Origin: Candidatus Aenigmatarchaeota archaeon
Lineage (GTDB): Archaea > Aenigmatarchaeota > Aenigmatarchaeia > QMZS01
Reading direction: 5' to 3'
Assembly (NCBI GenBank): GCA_003663355.1
Contig: QMZV01000002.1
Coordinates: 1-52,169, forward strand
Length of the DNA: 52,169 bases
Below the pieces are notes generated by a model. It worked only from the letters and a program-made list of their open reading frames with translations, did not search any database and was not told the DNA's origin. Below, piece by piece: positions 43,894 to 52,048 of the stretch. A program made the position numbers and the translations under genes. How positions within the stretch are numbered: position 1 is the first letter of the stretch; every line of letters starts with the position of its first letter.

Positions 43894-45396
43894 ATGGAGA
43901 ACTACTTAAAAAGAATTGCCTCTGGAGTATTTTTTGTTTTTTTGTTTGGTATTTTAACTTCTTTTGTTGGTTATTTGTTGAGGCTTGTTTTGACAGCGAA
44001 TTTAACTCCCGCAGAATATGGTCTTTATTACTCATGTCTGTCTTTAATCGGTCTGTTTTCTTTGTTTAAGGATTTTGGTTTAAACGGGAGTTTGATATAT
44101 CATATTTCAAAATTCAAAGCAGAAAAGAAATTTAAAAAATTGAATGCCTCTGTTTTTACTGTTCTCTTTATTCAGATTATTCCTGCTTTAATAATTGCAA
44201 CAATTATTTTCTTCTCATCTGATTTTATTGCTGTAAATTATTTGCATCTCTCTAAAAATTTGGTTTTTGGGGTTCTTGTTATAAAAGTTTTAGCAATTGT
44301 TTATTTTATTCAGATATTTTATAGCGTTGTTTTATCAATTTTGCAGGGTTTTCAGCTTATGAATTTTTTTGCAATAGTTGATTTTTGCAGGATGCTATTT
44401 TATTTTATACTTACTTTTATATTTATTTCATTGAGCTTTTCTGTTCTCTCTCCTGCTTTAGGTTTCTTGATCTCTTATATTTTTGTAATTTTAATATTCT
44501 CTCCTTTTGCTTTGAAATTAATTCCTAATTTTAAAAAATTACATCTTGAAATATTTGATAAAAAATTGGCAAAGAAATTGTTTTTTTATGGTTTTCCAAT
44601 AATGCTTTCTAGTGCTGCTGGATTAATAATTGGTTATACTGATACAATTTTAATCACTATTTTTAAGAGTTTGGAAGAGGTTGGAATTTACCAGACTGCT
44701 CAACCAACCGCTCGCTTATTGTGGTTTTTTGCAGGGTCTTTTACAACAGTTTTATTTCCTTTAGTTACAGAACTAAAAACAAAAAAGATAAAAGGTCTTG
44801 AAAAGGGTGTTTCCTTGATTTACAGATATATTTGGGTTATAATAATTCCTTTTGCTCTAATGAGTTTTTCTTTTTCAAGAGAGATTTTGAATTTATTCTT
44901 TGGTTCTTTTTATTCTTCTGGTTCTAATGTTTTAAAAATCTTGTCTATTGGAGCAATATTTTTCTCCATTGTTCAGGTAAATGGGTGTGTTTTGAATGGA
45001 CTTGGAAAACCGAAAAACTATACAAAAATTGTTTATATTGGTGCAGCAATTAATTTAATTTTAAATTTGGTCTTAATTCCGATAATTGGGATTACTGGAG
45101 CAGCAACATCAACTCTTTTAACTTACATTGTAATGTTTTTGTTTTCTTTTGCTGAGTTAAAAAAATTTGTTAAAATAAAAATTCCTGTCATAACTTGGCT
45201 CAAAACTTTAATCATAGGGCTTATCTCGCTTTCATCTATTTACATTCTCAAAAATTTGCTTTTTGTAAACATATTCCTTGAAGTTTTTGTTTGTTTCTGC
45301 GTTTCCATTTTTATATTTATTGTTTTATTATTGTTGTTTAAAGTTGTAGAATTAGATGAAACTTTAAATTTGGTTAGAAAAATAATTAAGAAGTAA
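43894..45396 (+). CDS. Wzx/MOP-superfamily oligosaccharide flippase (polysaccharide biosynthesis protein)
   Basis: 500 aa with about 12-14 TM helices and an N-terminal pattern typical of the Polysacc_synt family. Confidence 0.8.
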   Translation: MENYLKRIASGVFFVFLFGILTSFVGYLLRLVLTANLTPAEYGLYYSCLSLIGLFSLFKDFGLNGSLIYHISKFKAEKKFKKLNASVFTVLFIQIIPALIIATIIFFSSDFIAVNYLHLSKNLVFGVLVIKVLAIVYFIQIFYSVVLSILQGFQLMNFFAIVDFCRMLFYFILTFIFISLSFSVLSPALGFLISYIFVILIFSPFALKLIPNFKKLHLEIFDKKLAKKLFFYGFPIMLSSAAGLIIGYTDTILITIFKSLEEVGIYQTAQPTARLLWFFAGSFTTVLFPLVTELKTKKIKGLEKGVSLIYRYIWVIIIPFALMSFSFSREILNLFFGSFYSSGSNVLKILSIGAIFFSIVQVNGCVLNGLGKPKNYTKIVYIGAAINLILNLVLIPIIGITGAATSTLLTYIVMFLFSFAELKKFVKIKIPVITWLKTLIIGLISLSSIYILKNLLFVNIFLEVFVCFCVSIFIFIVLLLLFKVVELDETLNLVRKIIKK

Positions 45397-45412
45397 ACAA
45401 ATTTATAAAAAA

Positions 45413-45868
45413 TTAAAGAAGTTTGTATTTTTTCTTCTTTGCTTCTTCTTTCTTTGGCAATCTTATTGTTAGAACTCCGTCTGAGAAATCTAACTTTGCT
45501 TTATCTGGTTTTGTTTTAGCAGGTAAACTTAAAACTCTTCTAACTTCACCTGCACTTCTTTCTCTTCTGTAAAAGTTTTCACCTTTCTGAATTTTTTCTC
45601 TTTTTCTTCTTGCGGAAATCAAAACTCTATCTTCTGTTGCTTCAACATCTATTTCATCTTTTCTGAATCCTGGCAAGTCTGCTTTAATAATAACCTCAGT
45701 ATCTGTCTCTGCTAAGTCAACAGGAAAACTTATTATTGTTGGTTGGAAAAATCTGCTGAATTGTTTTTGCAAATCTCTTTGGAAATTTTTTATTGGCTCA
45801 AAAGGTTCAAACCAGAATCTCATTGGCTCTGTGTCTTCTTCCCAAATCCATTTATCTTTTTTTGCCAT
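45413..45868 (-). CDS. hsp20: Small heat-shock protein, Hsp20/alpha-crystallin family
   Basis: ETDTEVIIKADLPGFRKDEIDVEATEDRVLISA...GEVRRVLSLP....AKLDFSDGVLTIRLPK is the alpha-crystallin domain. Confidence 0.9.
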   Translation of the reverse strand: MAKKDKWIWEEDTEPMRFWFEPFEPIKNFQRDLQKQFSRFFQPTIISFPVDLAETDTEVIIKADLPGFRKDEIDVEATEDRVLISARRKREKIQKGENFYRRERSAGEVRRVLSLPAKTKPDKAKLDFSDGVLTIRLPKKEEAKKKKYKLL

Positions 45869-45904
45869 AAGTATTTTTATTATTTTAAATACTTTATTTA
45901 AAAT

Positions 45905-46453
45905 ATGGAATCAATAAAGATCCAGAATGTTGTCTTGTCTACGCATGTTGATGTTGTTTTTCCACTCACAAAAATTGCAGAAAGTTATGAAGAGGCTGAA
46001 TATGAACCAGAGGCATTCCCTGGACTTGTGATTAGATTAAAGGATCCAAACATAACAGCTCTTGTTTTTAGGTCAGGTACAATTGTTTGCGTTGGTTCAA
46101 AAACTAAAAAAGAAGCTGAACTAGGGATTGCAAAAATTATGAAAATGATAAAAAAGCTTGGAGTAAAAGTTCCTGAGAAATATGAGACAAAAATAGAAAA
46201 CATTGTCGCTGTCGGAAATTTAGGTTATGATTTGAATCTGGAAAAACTTGCTTTTAGTATGGAGGACTCAGAATATGAGCCAGAAAATTTTCCTGGTTTA
46301 ATTTGCAAGTTAAGTGATCCAAAGGTTTCCTTTCTAATTTTTTCAAGTGGCAGTATTGTGTGTGTTGGTGGAAAAAAAATTAGCGATGCAAAAGATGGAT
46401 TGGTCTTGATAGAAAAGAAGCTTAAGAAATATGCTGATAAAAAAAGAAAATAA
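45905..46453 (+). CDS. tbp: TATA-box binding protein
   Basis: Two direct repeats: IQNVVLST...YEPEAFPGLVIRLKDPNITALVFRSGTIVCVG and IENIVAVG...YEPENFPGLICKLSDPKVSFLIFSSGSIVCVG. Confidence 0.95.
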   Translation: MESIKIQNVVLSTHVDVVFPLTKIAESYEEAEYEPEAFPGLVIRLKDPNITALVFRSGTIVCVGSKTKKEAELGIAKIMKMIKKLGVKVPEKYETKIENIVAVGNLGYDLNLEKLAFSMEDSEYEPENFPGLICKLSDPKVSFLIFSSGSIVCVGGKKISDAKDGLVLIEKKLKKYADKKRK

Positions 46454-46483
46454 TTTATCTTTTGTTTTTATTTTTTGTTAATA

Positions 46484-47107
46484 ATGTTTAAGGTTGTTGT
46501 TTTTGATATGGATGGAACTTTAATAGATTCTATAAGTGTTTGGCTGTCTTTGTTTAAGAAAATTCTTAAAAAATATGGAATTGATGTTGATGAAAGATAT
46601 ATCAAAAATCAGTTTGGTAAACAAGATAAAGAGATTATTTCTTCTGTCACAAAAAAAGAAGAGGTGTTTGATTTTTTTGAGAAAGAGAAAAATAATAAAA
46701 TATTTTTAGATAAGTTCAAAATCTTTCCTTTTGTTAGAGATACTCTTTGCCAAATAAAAAGAAAAGGGATTAAAATTGCTATTGTTACTGGAAATAACAA
46801 AAAGATGCTAAAGTTTCTGTTAAAGAAATTTCATTTAAATGAATTGGTGGATTATTCTGTCTGTGCAGAGGATGTGGATAAAGGAAAACCAAATCCAGAA
46901 ATGCTTTTGAAAGTTTTGGAAGTTTATAGGGTGAATAAAGAAGATGTGATATATGTTGGAGATGCTCCTTATGATGTTGAAATGGCAAAAAATGCTGGAG
47001 TTAAAATTATGGTTGTTTTAACAGGTGTTTTGAACAGAAAATTGGCAGAAAAATTAAAACCTGATTTTATTTTTGAAGATGTAAGAGGGGTTTTAAAATT
47101 ATTGTAA
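46484..47107 (+). CDS. HAD-superfamily hydrolase (phosphatase, subfamily IA-like)
   Basis: Motif I VVFDMDGTLIDS, motif II IVTGN, motif III/IV KGKPNP...YVGDAPYDVEMAKNAG. ATG at 46484 is preferred over the TTG at 46475. Confidence 0.85.
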   Translation: MFKVVVFDMDGTLIDSISVWLSLFKKILKKYGIDVDERYIKNQFGKQDKEIISSVTKKEEVFDFFEKEKNNKIFLDKFKIFPFVRDTLCQIKRKGIKIAIVTGNNKKMLKFLLKKFHLNELVDYSVCAEDVDKGKPNPEMLLKVLEVYRVNKEDVIYVGDAPYDVEMAKNAGVKIMVVLTGVLNRKLAEKLKPDFIFEDVRGVLKLL

Positions 47108-47497
47108 AATTATTTTTACTTCATTTTTGCTTATTTTTTTAAATTCTAAGTTTGTTTTTCCTGGTCCTATTTCTATCTTGTTAAATTTTATTTTTTCAAA
47201 TGTTTTGTTGTAGGTTTTATATTCTGTTGAAAAAGAGATTGAATTATTTGAGAATTTTAGAATTCCTGTTTTAAATTCTATTTGTATTTTTCTTGAGGAA
47301 TTTATTGGTTCTGAGATTAAATCTGAGATTGTGATTGAAAGGAAATTCACAACATTCTTTCCGTGTTCGAATTCCAACTCTGCTTTTTTTTCTTCTATTA
47401 AAGGAAGCCCAAACAGCAAAATCGTCCCAATAATGGATATTGAAAATGCAATTATTAAAACAGATGAGACAACTACATTCATAATATTATTTTGCAA
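47099..47497 (-). CDS. Hypothetical protein with N-terminal hydrophobic helix (archaeal pilin-like class III signal possible)
   Basis: MQNNIMNVVVSSVLIIAFSISIIGTILLFGLPLIEE then a beta-rich region. The pilin-like call is weak. Confidence 0.4.
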   Translation of the reverse strand: MQNNIMNVVVSSVLIIAFSISIIGTILLFGLPLIEEKKAELEFEHGKNVVNFLSITISDLISEPINSSRKIQIEFKTGILKFSNNSISFSTEYKTYNKTFEKIKFNKIEIGPGKTNLEFKKISKNEVKIILQ

Positions 47498-47976
47498 AAT
47501 CCTGCTTCATATAATATCTTTGTAAAATCTGGTTCAAGTTCTGTTTCTTCTCCTTTTTTAAAAGAATAAACTCTCCCTGATGGAGATAAAATCTCTGGTA
47601 TGTCTTTTAAAAAAACAACCTTTACTTTTGTATTTTTTCTTTCTTTTGTTTCTTTATTAATATAATTCTGTTCAAAAGAATGATCATATTTTCTTATAAT
47701 TTTAATCAACTCTAAATATAATTCTTTCTCTAAATCTTCTTAATTTTTAGGAAGGTTGTTTGTTTTGTAAAATAAAAAGGCAAGATTTAAGATTTTCTTT
47801 TTTCTTAATTCAAAAATAGAATAAACAAGGTTTTTTGCGCTTTTTTCTTCTATTGTTCCTTTTTTTAGTTTAATGTAGTTAAATGCATTTTCATAAAAAT
47901 TTGGTGGTAGTTGTTGCAATTTTTCTCCTTTCTCTTTTTGCTTGATTTCCCGAATTTTCTCATATGTTAATATCAT
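47479..47976 (-). pseudogene. GINS subunit (Gins51/COG1711-like) with a single in-frame TAA at 47742-47740
   Basis: The two track ORFs (47740-47976 and 47479-47709) are in the same frame. Joined they read ...LTYEKIREIKQKEKGEKLQQLPPNFYENAFNYI...NNLPKN*EDLEKELYLELIKIIRKY...KVKVVFLKDIPEILSPSGRVYSFKKGEETELEPDFTKILYEAGFCKII. That is a GINS A-domain followed by a B-domain. The start overlaps the orc1/cdc6 stop by 4 nt. Confidence 0.65.
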
Positions 47977-49169
47977 GTTTCAAACATGTTAGAAAAAGTT
48001 GATTTTAAAATGTCAAAAGATTTTTTTGCAATTGCCAACCTGATTTCTCTTGTTCTTCCATATCTTCCTTTTGAAACAACTTTTGTTGAAATCAGTCCAA
48101 GCATATCTAATTCCGAAATTAAATCAGAAATTCTCCTTTGAGTTAGAGTTTTATATCCATTTCTCTTACATAGAGAAAGATAAACTTCATAAACATCTCC
48201 TGTCAGGATTTGGTCTTTGCCTTTTTCAAAAAGTTTTAAAATTGAGTAAAGAGTTAGTTGAGAATGTCTTGGTTGTGTTTTTGCTAATTCCGTAACTCTA
48301 TCTAATTCTAATTTTTGCTCTGCAAGGTCAACGTGTTTTTCTGTAATTTTTTTGTCTTCATTTCTTTCAGCAAGTTCTGCTGCCACTCTTAATAAATCCA
48401 AAGCCCTTCTTGCATCACCCTGTTCTTGAGCAGCTATTGCAGCACATTTTTCTATAACTCCTTCTGAACAAACTCCTGGTTTTAATGCAATTTTTGCTCT
48501 TTGTTGCAAAATATCTTTTAGTTGTAAGGCATTGTAAGGCGGAAAAATAATTTCTTCTTCTGATAAAGAACTTCTCACTCTCGGGTCTAAATCATCTGTA
48601 AAAGAAAGGTCGTTAGAAATCCCTATTATGCTAATTTTCGCATTTTTTAGTTCTGTGTTTATTCTTGTTAAATTGTATATAAGGCCGTCTCCAATTTTTT
48701 TAACTAATGCGTCTAATTCATCCAAAGCAAGCAAAATAATTTGCTCTTTTTCATCTATCAATTCAAATAATTTGTTGTATAATGATTCTGTAGGCAATCC
48801 TGTTTCAGGAACTGGGAAATTTAATTCTCTAAGGATATAAGCCAACATTCTGTACTCTGTATCTGCAGTTTTTTTTAATTTGCAGTTTATATAAACTGGT
48901 TTTAAATTTGTTGTGTTTGTTGATTTAAGTTCGCTAAAAATGTGTTTTATTACAACAGATTTTCCTGTTCCTGTAGTTCCGTATATGAAAAGATTGGATG
49001 GTTGCTCTAATTTTAAGGCAGGGGCTAAAACTTTTGCAATACTCATTATTTGCTCATCTCTATGCAAAATCTTATCTGGAATATAATTATGGGTTAATAA
49101 TTTTTTATCAAGAAAAAAACTTTCTTTGTTTATATAACTAGAAAAAAACTTCTTAAGTTTCTCTTGCAT
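47973..49169 (-). CDS. cdc6: Orc1/Cdc6 replication initiator
   Basis: LHRDEQIMSIAKVLAP, Walker A YGTTGTGKS, Walker B LALDELD, sensor motifs (GISND, GDARRALDLL) and a C-terminal wHTH. Confidence 0.95.
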   Translation of the reverse strand: MQEKLKKFFSSYINKESFFLDKKLLTHNYIPDKILHRDEQIMSIAKVLAPALKLEQPSNLFIYGTTGTGKSVVIKHIFSELKSTNTTNLKPVYINCKLKKTADTEYRMLAYILRELNFPVPETGLPTESLYNKLFELIDEKEQIILLALDELDALVKKIGDGLIYNLTRINTELKNAKISIIGISNDLSFTDDLDPRVRSSLSEEEIIFPPYNALQLKDILQQRAKIALKPGVCSEGVIEKCAAIAAQEQGDARRALDLLRVAAELAERNEDKKITEKHVDLAEQKLELDRVTELAKTQPRHSQLTLYSILKLFEKGKDQILTGDVYEVYLSLCKRNGYKTLTQRRISDLISELDMLGLISTKVVSKGRYGRTREIRLAIAKKSFDILKSTFSNMFET

Positions 49170-49302
49170 AACCTATATTTCAAGTAGAAATATTTATAGA
49201 TTTCTGTTGTTTACAATATTTTTATAAAAATAGAGTTTTGAATATCGTAGCCTGACTCCTATATTTCTTGTGGAAATAATAAAAATAATTAGAGAAGGAA
49301 AA

Positions 49303-49321
49303 ATTATTACAGTGTTATAAA
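49303..49321 (+). promoter_or_regulatory. Near-palindromic box ATTATTACAGTGTTATAAA
   Basis: Lies in the 198-bp intergenic region upstream of orc1/cdc6. Confidence 0.7.
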
Positions 49322-49367
49322 ATAGTCTTATTTAGGTAATGGGTAATGCTTTAATAAATCATTCGAA

Positions 49368-49865
49368 TCATTCGCTTTTATGTTTATATTTATAAAAAGC
49401 CATTCCTAATCTCAATCTTGCCCACGTACATAAACTTGGCGCTTCAAGAATATCCTCTTCATAAGGCATCAATCTTTCCAAAGAAGTATCTCTTGTTTCA
49501 ACTTCTTTTCCATTAGGATAGCTTTTATTAGTATGCACTAAGCAGTTCCCATTATTATCTATAGAATAAATATCTACTTGTTTTTCTTCAGGAGAAATTT
49601 CAAGCATTCTTACAATAGTCGGAAAAATCTTTGTGATACCAACATTTCTTAAATGATGAATATCAATATAGATTTTACGCCCATCTTCCAATTGCTTCTC
49701 CAATTCGCAAATATAGTGGTGAGCAAGATTTGGATTTAGTGCTTTTGCTTCTAATTTATCCATATCAAAAAAATCTACCCCTTCTACCAAACCAGATTTT
49801 TCAGGAGCTTTTGCAATTTCACCAAAAGCTTGTATTGTTTGTTTATAATGAGTGCTTTTTCTCAT
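49368..49865 (-). CDS. Hypothetical protein (165 aa)
   Basis: Well-composed ORF with no motif recognised. Confidence 0.5.
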   Translation of the reverse strand: MRKSTHYKQTIQAFGEIAKAPEKSGLVEGVDFFDMDKLEAKALNPNLAHHYICELEKQLEDGRKIYIDIHHLRNVGITKIFPTIVRMLEISPEEKQVDIYSIDNNGNCLVHTNKSYPNGKEVETRDTSLERLMPYEEDILEAPSLCTWARLRLGMAFYKYKHKSE

Positions 49866-49960
49866 AATAGATAGTATAAATTAAAAATATAAATTTATGC
49901 ATTGCTAAACTCTTCACTAAAATTTCAATTTATCAATTAGTTGTTTAGATGGGATATAAA

Positions 49961-50025
49961 ATTATTACAGTGTTATAATTTAATAAAAAAAGGTTTGGTT
50001 TTGTGAATTATTACACTGTTATAAT
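49961..50025 (+). promoter_or_regulatory. Paired near-palindromic boxes (ATTATTACAGTGTTATAAT, 27-bp spacer, ATTATTACACTGTTATAAT)
   Basis: Boxes at 49961-49979 and 50007-50025. The module is near-identical to 34837-34899. Confidence 0.75.
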
Positions 50026-50093
50026 TTCAATTTTGTATGGGGCATAATTTTTGATTTAAAAAATTTTAGGTTTAGGCTGGGTTTTGTTGAGTT

Positions 50094-50741
50094 TTATGAG
50101 GGTTTGAGGGAAAATTTCTTCAATTTCTTTAGAACTTTCTTTAAGGCACTTTGTAGGTTAGATTCTTGCTTTTCTTCCTCTTTTATTTTTTGCCTTATTT
50201 CTTCTATTTGTGCAATACTATTCCCTATTGAAATCGGTGTTGTACCTATTTTACTTGAGATCTCTTCTAGAGATAATTCATCCTTTTTTTCTGCTAAATA
50301 AATACAAGCACCTGCTATAGGACGAAAAGCGAAAGCGTATTCTTCAATATCTTTTTCAACAGAGTCATATAAAGATATGGCATTTTTTGTTTCTTCTTCA
50401 TCTAGTTCTAATTTTGGACCGTATACACTTATAAGTTTCTTTATAAATGCACTTCTGGGTATAATAGGTGGTTTTTCTCCATATTCTCTAGAAATCTTTG
50501 TAGATATTTTTGCAATATATCGAGGGTCTTCTCCAAGAGACTCTGCAATTTCCTCATATATTACTTGTTCACCTCTTTTTATAAGTTCTATATAGGCTAA
50601 AGCACCTGCTAATGCTGTTCTCCTTGGAATTCTCTTTTTTTCCTTTCTTTTTTCTTCTGTATAAGTTTCATATCTTTTCAGCATATTGTCTGCTACTTCT
50701 TTTCCATAATCCACTTGTATTATCTTGTATATTTGATCCAT
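50094..50741 (-). CDS. TFB-like protein with the two cyclin-fold repeats only (no Zn-ribbon or B-reader)
   Basis: RRTALAGALAYIELIKRGEQVIYEEIAESLGEDPRYIAKIS... and FRPIAGACIYLAEKKDELSLEEISSKIGTTPISIGNSI parallel the two cyclin repeats of the bona fide TFB at 36871. Start MDQIYKII at 50741 is preferred, because the upstream extension is hydrophobic and looks non-coding. Confidence 0.6.
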   Translation of the reverse strand: MDQIYKIIQVDYGKEVADNMLKRYETYTEEKRKEKKRIPRRTALAGALAYIELIKRGEQVIYEEIAESLGEDPRYIAKISTKISREYGEKPPIIPRSAFIKKLISVYGPKLELDEEETKNAISLYDSVEKDIEEYAFAFRPIAGACIYLAEKKDELSLEEISSKIGTTPISIGNSIAQIEEIRQKIKEEEKQESNLQSALKKVLKKLKKFSLKPS

Positions 50742-50932
50742 ATTTAATGCTGATCTCATAAAAATAAAATGTAAAAAAACTTTAAATACCCAATTATTAA
50801 TAAGTAAATACATTTGATTTTACAGATATAAATTGAATAAGAGAGAAAAAGATAATGTTTATAGTTTAATAGAAGAGACACAATTCACATTGGTTTATTG
50901 CCTTCCACTTGAAATAAAAGGGTCATAGTCTA

Positions 50933-50951
50933 ATTATTACACTGTTATAAT
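50933..50951 (+). promoter_or_regulatory. Near-palindromic box ATTATTACACTGTTATAAT
   Basis: Exact consensus copy between the AAA+/wHTH gene end (50979) and the TFB-like gene start. Confidence 0.7.
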
Positions 50952-50978
50952 TTTTCTCTTCACCAAGAATTGAAAGTG

Positions 50979-52037
50979 CTAATATCTTACCAACATTGTT
51001 CTTGTAGAAGGGCTCAATTTGTAATAATAGGTTTTTCCTGTTTTTTCTCTTTCAACATATCCTTCTTCCAAAAGTCTTTTTAACAAATTATTTATTGCTC
51101 TTAAAGCATGTTTATCAGAAGGATAATCAGGAAGATATTTTATAATTTCATTAGGAGTTATTGGTTCATGTTCTACAAGAATATCAATAATTTTTCTCTG
51201 CTTCCCAGACAAATCTTTTAATTTTTCAAGATTTATCTTCTTTTCCTCTTTTCCCGTTTTTTTATCTATAAGATTAATATCAATAATTTCAGAATCATGT
51301 TCGGCACCAAGATTTAATAAATCATTGCATAATAGAATAACATCTCTTGGAAAACCCCCTGTTCTGGAATAAATATATTCAATTACATTATAAGTAAAAG
51401 GTTTTATATCAGTTCCTCCAACATTTTCTATTCTTCTTCTTATTAATTCTTCTGTTTCTTCTTTTGTTAGGGCGTTTAATTCAATTCTTTCCACAATTCT
51501 TTTTTTAAGAGTCTCTAGATTTTTTGTTAGTATATCATCAAATACAGGCAAAGCAGAAAAAACAATGGTCAGATTTTGCACTTGATCGGAAATTACTCTA
51601 AACCACTCTAAAACTTCAATACTTGCCTCATGTGCTTCATCAACAAACAAAACTTTTGGTTTTTTTATTATTTTATTCAGAAAAAAAGGCAAATATTCTA
51701 TTTTTTTTGGTTTTCTTATAAAAATTTTCTTAAAAAAAGGCAAATCTCTAATAAAAAAATCTGAAATACTGAGCAAACCTGAAATTTCTCTCGGAGGTTT
51801 GTTTAATACAATAAAATTGTTGTTTTTTTTAGAAACATACGAAATTATGCTTGTTTTTCCAGATCCTGTTGGTCCTGTAAGCAAAATAATCTTTTGTTGC
51901 TGCTCTATATTCTTTAGCAATTTTGTTATTTGCTGATTGTATCCAACAACCAAAAAAGGATTTATCTCTAAAGTAAATGGATTTCTTCTCAGGTTTTGTT
52001 TTCTTAACCAATCTTTATATTTTTCTAATCCATCCAT
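50979..52037 (-). CDS. AAA+ ATPase (ExeA/AAA_22, ORC-related type) fused to a C-terminal winged helix
   Basis: RRNPFTLEINPF..., Walker A LTGPTGSGKTS, Walker B LFVDEAHEA, LTKEETEELIRRRIE...TGGFPRDVILLCN, then wHTH LSGKQRKIIDILVEHEPITPNEIIKYL...LLEEGYVEREKTGKTYYYKL. Confidence 0.75.
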   Translation of the reverse strand: MDGLEKYKDWLRKQNLRRNPFTLEINPFLVVGYNQQITKLLKNIEQQQKIILLTGPTGSGKTSIISYVSKKNNNFIVLNKPPREISGLLSISDFFIRDLPFFKKIFIRKPKKIEYLPFFLNKIIKKPKVLFVDEAHEASIEVLEWFRVISDQVQNLTIVFSALPVFDDILTKNLETLKKRIVERIELNALTKEETEELIRRRIENVGGTDIKPFTYNVIEYIYSRTGGFPRDVILLCNDLLNLGAEHDSEIIDINLIDKKTGKEEKKINLEKLKDLSGKQRKIIDILVEHEPITPNEIIKYLPDYPSDKHALRAINNLLKRLLEEGYVEREKTGKTYYYKLSPSTRTMLVRY

Positions 52038-52048
52038 ACTTTTACCAA

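Noticed and set aside
47740-47742. Reassigned TAA codon as the explanation for the in-frame stop in GINS
   Set aside because: TAA terminates many clearly complete genes in this window at the expected protein lengths (for example tfb at 37842, trpS at 43859, tbp at 46453, cmk at 22283). A global reassignment is therefore not supported.
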